18,925 nucleotides of DNA from Gemmatimonadaceae bacterium (lineage in GTDB: Bacteria; Gemmatimonadota; Gemmatimonadetes; Gemmatimonadales; Gemmatimonadaceae). Position 1 is the first letter of the stretch. Each line of letters starts with the position of its first letter. Positions 1 to 6,310 of the stretch are shown here, piece after piece. The position numbers and the translations under genes were made by a program. The notes under the pieces are model-generated. The model ran no database searches, was not told where the DNA came from, and saw only the letters and a list, made by a program, of their open reading frames with translations. Location: the NCBI GenBank assembly GCA_040902005.1, contig JBBDYA010000079.1:1-18925 (forward strand), given 5' to 3'.

Positions 1-688
1 TGTAATCGAAGGACCGAACGAGGTAGAGGCCCACTTCCGGGTCCGTCAGGTCCCAGCGGCTCTTCTCCAGCATCAGCTGGAAGATGCGTTGCCACGACTC
101 TGCGTCCGCGGCGTGCACGATGCCCCGGAAAATCCTGCGGTTCGTCGGCGTGCTGAACAGCGTGGGACTCAGGATCCGGTCGAGCAGTGCGTCCTCCGTG
201 CCGTGGTCGCGCTGCAGCAGTTCACGCGCTTTTCGACTGGATCGCTCGCCCAGGTGCGTCTCGAATCGGCTTTCCCAGTAACTGTGCCCGAGCGACGCGG
301 TGGACGCCGTGAGCGCCAGCTGCCTCGGCACGAAATAGTTGTGCGCGACCGCGTCGGCCGCCAGGTGGGCGAGGTAGCCAAGCGAGAAGGCCCGGAGCGG
401 GTCGTCGCGCGCCGCGTCGTGAATCTCGAATCCCACGGCCCACGAGTGACAATGACGGCCGGCCGGGGCGTACTTCTTCGCGATACTCGTATCCGCCGCG
501 ATGGATCCGTACAGAAATTCGTGGGGAAACGCCCGCAACAGATCCGCGATGCCGGCCGGCAACAGGGCGGCGGACCGCAACACCGCGTCGCCGAGGAACA
601 CGTGCGTCCCCGGCGTCCATGCCCAGGCCGGTTCCGGCGTGAGCAGGAGGAGGACCAGCGCTCCCAGCAGGAGCGCCGGCCATTTCAC
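1..688 (-). CDS. Secreted zinc-dependent phospholipase C (Zn_dep_PLPC / S1-P1-like fold) family protein, 3' end outside window
   Basis: Not in the ORF track because it runs off the edge. My translation from GTG at 688 is open to position 2: MKWPALLLGALVLLLLTPEPAWA|WTPGTHVFLG...FLYGSIAADTS...HCHSW...GYLAHLAADAVAHNYFVP...GHSYWE. It has a signal peptide (AWA), a mature N-terminal Trp plus His, and HxxxDxxxH and HxxxE Zn-ligand motifs typical of this family. Confidence 0.8.
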   Translation of the reverse strand, partial: MKWPALLLGALVLLLLTPEPAWAWTPGTHVFLGDAVLRSAALLPAGIADLLRAFPHEFLYGSIAADTSIAKKYAPAGRHCHSWAVGFEIHDAARDDPLRAFSLGYLAHLAADAVAHNYFVPRQLALTASTASLGHSYWESRFETHLGERSSRKARELLQRDHGTEDALLDRILSPTLFSTPTNRRIFRGIVHAADAESWQRIFQLMLEKSRWDLTDPEVGLYLVRSFDY

Positions 689-719
689 CCGCCCAGCGTC
701 GCTCGCTCGGCGTCGAACC

Positions 720-1214
720 TCACAGCCCAAGATTCTTCCGCTGTCGGCGAATTGCCCGGCGGAGATCCTTGAGTTCGGACTGCACGAGCCGCTCGATGGT
801 CTCCCGCGCCGATTCGACGTACTCCCCCAGCCGTTCCTCGATCTCTTCGCGGGGAACGCGGTCCCACGCATCCACGCCGTGATCCCAGGCCACCCGCGCG
901 CCGTGCCGGGCCATGCGCGCGCCGCGTCGGGCGCCTTCGCGCGCCATGCGCCACGCAGGGCTGATGGGCCGCCGGCCCGAAGGGCCGCGCCGCAGGAGCA
1001 GCGTGGTGCCGGCGCCGACCGCGAGCCCCAGCAGCGCCGCGGTGAGAAGATCGTACTGCGCCTCGCGCGGCTCAGCCGCGCTGGTTCCGCGTTGACCGGA
1101 CGCGCGGACGCGCGGGCCGTTGTTCTTTGCCCTGGCGACGTCGTCGCCGGCTGACCGGCTCTTCGTCGGACTCGATGTCGGCCCTATCCTCGTCGGATTC
1201 GATGTCGTCCCCAT
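720..1214 (-). CDS. YtxH-like membrane-anchored protein (one hydrophobic segment plus amphipathic helical tail)
   Basis: Contains LLTAALLGLAVGAGTTLLLR followed by a charged helical region. It lies downstream of a DUF948-like gene, as in ytxG-ytxH. The ATG at 1214 is preceded by GGAGGGGACGAGG and is the last ATG/GTG/TTG before the hydrophobic segment. The start is uncertain. Confidence 0.6.
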   Translation of the reverse strand: MGTTSNPTRIGPTSSPTKSRSAGDDVARAKNNGPRVRASGQRGTSAAEPREAQYDLLTAALLGLAVGAGTTLLLRRGPSGRRPISPAWRMAREGARRGARMARHGARVAWDHGVDAWDRVPREEIEERLGEYVESARETIERLVQSELKDLRRAIRRQRKNLGL

Positions 1215-1773
1215 CCTCGTCCCCTCCCATGTCGTCGGACTCGGCGAGCGTGTCCTGCAATTCGCCGAACGTTGCCGCCCCCGTTCGCACCCCACGGACG
1301 ACCGCCGCGGTGGACACGAACGCCTGCTCCGCCTCCTCTTGCACCACCTGCAGTAATGCGTTGAACTCGTTCAGCCGGTTCTCCGTGAGCTCCACCGCCT
1401 GCTGCAACCGGCGGTTGGCCGACGCGATCGTTGCGTTCACCTGCTGCACATCGTTCCGGATGGACGAGGTGATGTAGTCCAGATTGTCCGCCACATTGCC
1501 GGCGTGCCGTGTCAGCGGCGCGACGTCCGCGTACACGTTGTCGAGCAGCGCGCGCACCTTCCGGAATGTGCGCCAGAACGACCACGCCGCGGGGGCCAGA
1601 AACACCGACAATGCCAGCAGTGTGAGGGTCATCACGCCGCTGGCCACGCCAGTCATCGTCTCGAACCAGCCGCGCTCCGCCACCACCGTCTTCATGACGA
1701 CGGTATCCGGGAGCGCGGCAGCCTGCTGCAGCAGCCACGCGCCCGAGCGCGCGATGAGTTCTGTCATCGGCAT
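1072..1773 (-). CDS. DUF948 (YtxG/YoxC-like) membrane protein with coiled-coil region
   Basis: A single TM segment (GVMTLTLLALSVFLAPAAW) is followed by heptad-like helices (LLDNVYADVAPL...IRNDVQQVNATI...) and an acidic then basic tail. The start is ATG 1773 or 1767. The family call is from recognition only. Confidence 0.65.
   Translation of the reverse strand: MPMTELIARSGAWLLQQAAALPDTVVMKTVVAERGWFETMTGVASGVMTLTLLALSVFLAPAAWSFWRTFRKVRALLDNVYADVAPLTRHAGNVADNLDYITSSIRNDVQQVNATIASANRRLQQAVELTENRLNEFNALLQVVQEEAEQAFVSTAAVVRGVRTGAATFGELQDTLAESDDMGGDEDGDDIESDEDRADIESDEEPVSRRRRRQGKEQRPARPRVRSTRNQRG
1161..1207. repeat. Imperfect 20-nt direct repeat, 27-nt period (encodes DIESDE twice in the DUF948 frame)
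   Basis: cttcgtcggactcgatgtcg (1161-1180) and cctcgtcggattcgatgtcg (1188-1207) are identical at 18 of 20 positions. Confidence 0.7.
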
Positions 1774-1808
1774 TCCGTTGTGCAAGGGAAAGGCCAGCGG
1801 CCCCGGCC

Positions 1809-1837
1809 ATGGTACGGACGCTTGACCTTGGTGTCCA
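1809..1837 (-). promoter_or_regulatory. Candidate sigma70 promoter for the leftward operon
   Basis: On the - strand: TGGACA (1837-1832), a 17-nt spacer, then TACCAT (1814-1809). Confidence 0.5.
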
Positions 1838-1850
1838 GCCTACTCAAGCT
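1822..1850 (+). promoter_or_regulatory. Candidate sigma70 promoter for murA-pgeF
   Basis: TTGACC (1822-1827), a 17-nt spacer, then CAAGCT (1845-1850, a weak -10). It ends 8 nt before the murA ATG, and no SD is evident. Confidence 0.4.
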
Positions 1851-1858
1851 TCGCGGCC

Positions 1859-3157
1859 ATGGGTGCACTGCAGTATATCGTCGAAGGCGGTCGGCGTCTG
1901 TCTGGCACGATCCGCCCCTCCGGAAACAAGAACGCGGCGCTGCCGATCATCGCGGCGACGCTCCTGTCCGACCAGCCCATCACGCTGGAGAATGTTCCGC
2001 GCATTCGCGACGTGGAGGTCCTGGTGGAGCTCGTGCGCTCGGTGGGCGTCGAGGTCGCGTGGGCCAGCCGCAATTCCCTCCAGATCCACGCCCGGACGGT
2101 CACTGGCACGCAGCTCGATCCGGAGCTGTGCCGCCGCATTCGCGCCTCCATTCTCCTCGCGGCGCCACTGCTCGCCCGGTGCGGCGAGATCGAACTGCCG
2201 CCCCCGGGCGGCGACGTCATCGGCCGCCGGCGGCTCGATACTCACTTTCTCGCCCTCGAGCGACTCGGCGTCGCCTTCGATCTCGACGAGTCGTTCCGGC
2301 TCAGCACGGCCGGGCTTCGCGGCGCCGACGTATTTCTCGACGAGCCGAGCGTCACTGCCACCGAGAATGCCCTGACCGCGGCGGTCGCCGCCCGTGGGAC
2401 CACCGTGCTGCGCAATGCCGCCTGCGAGCCGCATGTCCAGGACCTCTGCCATTTTCTCATCGCGATCGGCTCGGCCATCGAGGGCATCGGCACCAACAAG
2501 CTCACCATCGAGGGGGGCCGGCGGCTCGGCGGCGCCGCGCATCGCATCGGGCCGGATCACATCGAGGTGGGGTCGTTCATCGGACTGGCCGCTGTCACCG
2601 GCTCCGAGCTGCGCATCGCCAACGCGGGCATCGAGCATCTGCGGTCCACCCTCCTGGGGTTTGCCCGCCTCGGCATTTCCTGCAAGATCGAGGGCGCGGA
2701 CCTGGTCGTGCCCGCGGAGCAGGTGAAGGTCATCCAGTCGGACATGGGGGGACACGTCCCCAAGCTGGAGGACCAGCCCTGGCCGGCGTTTCCGGCAGAC
2801 ACGATGTCCAGCGCGCTGGTCACCGCCACCCAGTGCACCGGCATGGTGCTCATTCACGAGAAGATGTTCGAGTCGCGTCTGTTCTTCGTGGACAAGCTGG
2901 TGGGGATGGGCGCCCGTATCGTCCTGTGCGATCCGCATCGGGCCCTCGTCGCGGGCCCATCGCAGCTCCGCGGGGCCGTGCTCGAATCACCCGACATTCG
3001 CGCGGGCATGGCGATGCTCACGGCCGCACTCTGCGCGAAGGGCGAGAGCACCATCAACAATGTCGCGCAGATCGAGCGCGGCTACGAGCGCATCGACGAG
3101 CGGCTGAACGCGCTGGGGGCGAACATCCAGCGCGTGGAGGATCGCAGGTCGAAATGA
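1859..3157 (+). CDS. murA: UDP-N-acetylglucosamine 1-carboxyvinyltransferase
   Basis: Motifs SGNKNAALP, RIRASIL, PGGDVIGRR, SVTATEN, NAACEPHV, PWPAFPAD, FESRL, DIRAG and IERGYE; 432 aa. Confidence 0.97.
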   Translation: MGALQYIVEGGRRLSGTIRPSGNKNAALPIIAATLLSDQPITLENVPRIRDVEVLVELVRSVGVEVAWASRNSLQIHARTVTGTQLDPELCRRIRASILLAAPLLARCGEIELPPPGGDVIGRRRLDTHFLALERLGVAFDLDESFRLSTAGLRGADVFLDEPSVTATENALTAAVAARGTTVLRNAACEPHVQDLCHFLIAIGSAIEGIGTNKLTIEGGRRLGGAAHRIGPDHIEVGSFIGLAAVTGSELRIANAGIEHLRSTLLGFARLGISCKIEGADLVVPAEQVKVIQSDMGGHVPKLEDQPWPAFPADTMSSALVTATQCTGMVLIHEKMFESRLFFVDKLVGMGARIVLCDPHRALVAGPSQLRGAVLESPDIRAGMAMLTAALCAKGESTINNVAQIERGYERIDERLNALGANIQRVEDRRSK

Positions 3158-3861
3158 TCCCGCTGGATCGGGTGGAGGTCGTCGATGACTTCACCGCGTT
3201 CGGCGTGCACGCGTTCACGACTACACGGCAGGTGGGAAGCTTCAACAGCGGATCGGATGAGCCCACCCGCGACGTCATGGGCCGATGGGATTCCCTGCGC
3301 GCGATGCTGGCCGGGCATGGCCTGCGCCGCCTTGCCACTGCCTCCCAGGTGCATGGCGCGCGGATCGTTGTCCATGGCGGGGACTGGGAGGGCTGGCTGC
3401 GCGAGTCCAGCGCGGACGGACACCTGTGCGCCGATCGTGGCACTGCCATGGCCGTGACGGTCGCCGACTGCGTACCCGTGTTCCTCGCGCATCCGTCGGG
3501 CGCCACGGCGGTGCTGCATTCCGGATGGCGCGGGACGGCTGCGCGCATCGTCGAGCAGGGTATCGCCGCCCTCGCGCAGCGTGGCTGCCCGCCGGGCGAG
3601 CAGCGACTGCATCTGGGACCAGCGATTTGTGGCAAGTGCTACGAGGTGAGCGCGGACGTCGTGCGGCAACTCACTGGTCGCGCCGCCGATCGACCGGCAA
3701 CCGTCGACCTCCGCGCCATCATCGCGGCTCATGCGCGCGCCCTGGGCGTGAAGCATCTCGGCGTGTCACCGAGCTGTACCAGGTGCGACAACGATGCCTT
3801 CTACTCCCACCGCGCAGGCGACGGCGGTCGCCAGGTCGGAGTGATCTTCACGCCCGTGTAG
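3154..3861 (+). CDS. pgeF: Peptidoglycan editing factor PgeF / YfiH (laccase-domain, purine nucleoside phosphorylase-like)
   Basis: The C-terminal 235 aa of track ORF 1504..3861, starting at an ATGA overlap with the murA stop. Motifs QVHG, ADG, VADCVPV, HSGWRG, GPAICGKCYEV and CTRC...FYSHR. Confidence 0.9.
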   Translation: MIPLDRVEVVDDFTAFGVHAFTTTRQVGSFNSGSDEPTRDVMGRWDSLRAMLAGHGLRRLATASQVHGARIVVHGGDWEGWLRESSADGHLCADRGTAMAVTVADCVPVFLAHPSGATAVLHSGWRGTAARIVEQGIAALAQRGCPPGEQRLHLGPAICGKCYEVSADVVRQLTGRAADRPATVDLRAIIAAHARALGVKHLGVSPSCTRCDNDAFYSHRAGDGGRQVGVIFTPV

Positions 3862-3864
3862 CGG

Positions 3865-3893
3865 TTGACGCGCTCTCTCGGCTCCGATACCTT
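3865..3893 (+). promoter_or_regulatory. Sigma70 promoter of the rimP-nusA-infB operon
   Basis: TTGACG (3865-3870), a 17-nt spacer, then TACCTT (3888-3893), right after the pgeF stop. Confidence 0.65.
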
Positions 3894-3926
3894 GTTAAGG
3901 CTGCGCAGACTCACGTCGGCGAGCAG

Positions 3927-3955
3927 AATGTGGGGGAGGCTCCCCACATTTTTTT
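3927..3955 (+). terminator. Intrinsic terminator hairpin in the rimP 5' leader (rimP-leader attenuator-like)
   Basis: AATGTGGGGG-aggc-TCCCCACATT forms 9 Watson-Crick pairs plus one G-U. A 7-T run (3949-3955) follows. It lies between the promoter and rimP. Confidence 0.8.
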
Positions 3956-3981
3956 GTTCTTGTATGACACCTCGACACAAC

Positions 3982-4452
3982 GTGAACGAATCGCTGGAAG
4001 CCGTTGTCATTGCAGAACTTGATGCCGCTGGGTTCGCTCTGGTCGAACTTCGGCGCGGTGGAACGAAGAATCGTCCGCTGATTGAAATTCGCATCGAGCG
4101 ACGCGACGGCCAGAACGTATCCGTTGACGACTGTGCCACGGTGTCACGCGGGCTCGAGGCCAGGCTCGATTCAGGCGGACTGGTCCCCGAGAAGTACGTG
4201 CTGCAGGTCTCGTCACCCGGGGATCGTCCGTTGCGATCGCCGCAGGAGTGGCAGCGGTTCGTTGGACGCTGGGTATCGGTGCTCGCACCGGAACACGGCG
4301 GTCGGTTCGAGGGAAAACTGATGGCCGTGGACGGTGACGGCGGCGCGGAACACGCGACGATCGACATCAATGGCAGGCATAGACAAGTACCGCTGGCCGC
4401 GGTGAAAGAAGCTCGGCTGGCGTTCCGCATCTCAGAGGCGAGGACTGGCTGA
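3982..4452 (+). CDS. rimP: Ribosome maturation factor RimP
   Basis: Motifs VSVDDCATVSR and YVLQVSSPGDRPL; first gene before nusA. The start is GTG 3982 or ATG 3964. The track's TTG at 3865 is the promoter -35 box. Confidence 0.92.
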   Translation: MNESLEAVVIAELDAAGFALVELRRGGTKNRPLIEIRIERRDGQNVSVDDCATVSRGLEARLDSGGLVPEKYVLQVSSPGDRPLRSPQEWQRFVGRWVSVLAPEHGGRFEGKLMAVDGDGGAEHATIDINGRHRQVPLAAVKEARLAFRISEARTG

Positions 4453-5966
4453 TGGTAAGCTCTGCAGACATGCTGGCTGCATTCCGGGAAGTGACGAACG
4501 TGAAGCAGATGGAGCGTTCGGAACTGTACGGCTTGCTGCAGGACGGTATCATGGCGGCCCTTGCCAAGAAGTACGGGCCCACCGTGCAGGCCGAGGTCGA
4601 AATCGACGACCACAAGGGCGGCATCAAGATCGTGCTGCTCAAGACGGTCGTCGAGGCGGTCGAGGACGCCAGCAGCCAGATCTCGCTCGACGATGCGCGC
4701 GCGTTCGATGACGGCTTCGAGGTCGGCGACGTTCTCGAGGAGCCCGTGGATTTCGCCGCCTTCGGTCGTGCCGCCGTGCAGGCCGCCAAGCAGCGGATCA
4801 TCCAGCGCGTCCGCGAGGGGGAGCGGTCCAAGATCCGGGACGAATTCTCCAGCAAGCTCGGGGAACTGCTGTCCGGTGAGGTGCAGCAGATCGAGCGCGG
4901 CAAGCTCGTGGTCATGCTGAACAAGTTCCGCGAGGCGGAGGCCATCATTCCGTACCGGGAGCAGAATCACCGCGAACATTTTCATCAGGGCGAGCCGATT
5001 CGCGCGGTCCTCAAGCGCGTCGAGGAAACCCCCAAGGGGCCTCGGCTCATCCTGAGTCGCGCCGACCCGCTGTTCGTGAAGGCGTTGTTCAAGCTGGAAG
5101 TGCCGGAGATTCAGCAGGGGATCGTCGAGATCCGCGCGTCCGCGCGCGAGGTGGGGAGCCGTACGAAGATTGCGGTCTTCTCGCGCGATGATTCCATCGA
5201 TCCGGTGGGCGCGTGCGTCGGTCTCAAGGGTTCCCGTGTGCAGGCGGTGGTGAACGAGCTGGGCGGCGAACGGATCGACATCGTGCCGTGGTCGCCGGAT
5301 CCCGAGCGCTTCGCCAAGCTGGCGCTGGCGCCGGCGCGCGTCGCGCGCGTGTTCAGCGATCCGCCGAGCAAGACGATCCAGGCCGTCGTGGATGAGGACC
5401 AGCTCTCGCTGGCCATCGGTCGCAACGGACAGAACGTGCGTCTGGCCTCGGAGCTCACGGCGTGGAAGATCGATCTGTACTCCAGTCGCGAATGGCTGGA
5501 GCGTGGCGCTGAAGGCGGGATCTTCGCGCCGCTGCCGGGCGACGAGGCCGCGGACGTGGCGCTGTCCGAAATCGAGGGCATGGCGCCGGCGACCGTCGCC
5601 ATCCTCGAGGAAGGCGGCTACAAGACGCTCAACGATATCATCGATCTCGAGAAGGAGGATTTCATCAAGCTGCCCGGCATCACGCTGGACGATGCCGAAC
5701 GCCTGATGACGATCATCGACGAGCTCACCGAGGAAGGGAGCGACGACGCGTCGGCCGCGCCGGCCGAAGCTGGCGTGGAGGCGGGGACGCCCGCGGCCGT
5801 TGTGCCGGCGGCGGTAGCGCCTGCCGAACCCGAGGCGCCGGCAGCGGCGCCGGTGGAATCGAAGGAGCAGGAGCCGAAGGACCCGAAGGCGACCAAGGCC
5901 GCGAAGGAGCCGAAGACAGCCAAGGCGCCACGGGAGCCGAAAGCGGCGAAAGAACCGGCAGAGTAG
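4452..5966 (+). CDS. nusA: Transcription termination/antitermination factor NusA
   Basis: Motifs FGRAAVQAAKQ, the S1 domain, AREVGSRTKIAV, DPVGACVGLKGSRV and SLAIGRNGQNVRLA. An HhH-like acidic domain and a low-complexity tail follow. Confidence 0.98.
   Translation: MVSSADMLAAFREVTNVKQMERSELYGLLQDGIMAALAKKYGPTVQAEVEIDDHKGGIKIVLLKTVVEAVEDASSQISLDDARAFDDGFEVGDVLEEPVDFAAFGRAAVQAAKQRIIQRVREGERSKIRDEFSSKLGELLSGEVQQIERGKLVVMLNKFREAEAIIPYREQNHREHFHQGEPIRAVLKRVEETPKGPRLILSRADPLFVKALFKLEVPEIQQGIVEIRASAREVGSRTKIAVFSRDDSIDPVGACVGLKGSRVQAVVNELGGERIDIVPWSPDPERFAKLALAPARVARVFSDPPSKTIQAVVDEDQLSLAIGRNGQNVRLASELTAWKIDLYSSREWLERGAEGGIFAPLPGDEAADVALSEIEGMAPATVAILEEGGYKTLNDIIDLEKEDFIKLPGITLDDAERLMTIIDELTEEGSDDASAAPAEAGVEAGTPAAVVPAAVAPAEPEAPAAAPVESKEQEPKDPKATKAAKEPKTAKAPREPKAAKEPAE
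5871..5960 (+). repeat. 9-nt period degenerate repeat encoding ten mostly xxK tripeptides at the NusA C-terminus
   Basis: EPK DPK ATK AAK EPK TAK APR EPK AAK EPA, read directly from the sequence. Confidence 0.75.
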
Positions 5967-6310
5967 TGGACCGGTCGGTGGCGGTCCGCGTGCTGCGCCT
6001 CGTGGGACTGGGCGTTCGCTCACGCGGCGCGGTGGTGGGTGTGGAGCGGGTTCGCGAAGCCGCGAAAAAGGGAAAGCTGGCGCTGGCCCTTGTCGCGTCG
6101 GACGCGTCGAGGAATAGTGTGGACAAGGTGGTGCCGCTGCTCGATGCGCGTCGTGTGCGCGTCGTGCGCATGCCGTCGGCCGCCGCGCTGGGGCAGGCGG
6201 TGGGGCGAGATCAAACGGCAGCGGTTGGGATCGTGGATGGACAGCTCGCGCATGGAATTCGTGAGCTGCTGGATTCAGCTCCTGCAGGGAGCGAGGGGGA
6301 AGTGGATTGA
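5966..6310 (+). CDS. L7Ae/L30e family RNA-binding protein (YlxQ-like)
   Basis: LRLVGLGVRSRGAVVG...LALVASDAS...ALGQAVGR...AAVGIVD; conserved position between nusA and infB; GTG overlaps the nusA TAG. Confidence 0.88.
   Translation: MDRSVAVRVLRLVGLGVRSRGAVVGVERVREAAKKGKLALALVASDASRNSVDKVVPLLDARRVRVVRMPSAAALGQAVGRDQTAAVGIVDGQLAHGIRELLDSAPAGSEGEVD

Noticed and set aside
89..1154. + strand ORFs 89-772 and 501-1154, and - strand ORF 222-683
   Set aside because: Alternative or antisense frames of the Zn-PLC-like and YtxH-like genes, with no motifs of their own.
1504..3153. N-terminal 550 aa of the 785-aa + ORF
   Set aside because: An Arg-rich alternative frame over murA. Only the part from ATG 3154 (PgeF) looks like a protein, and there is no sign of a programmed frameshift.
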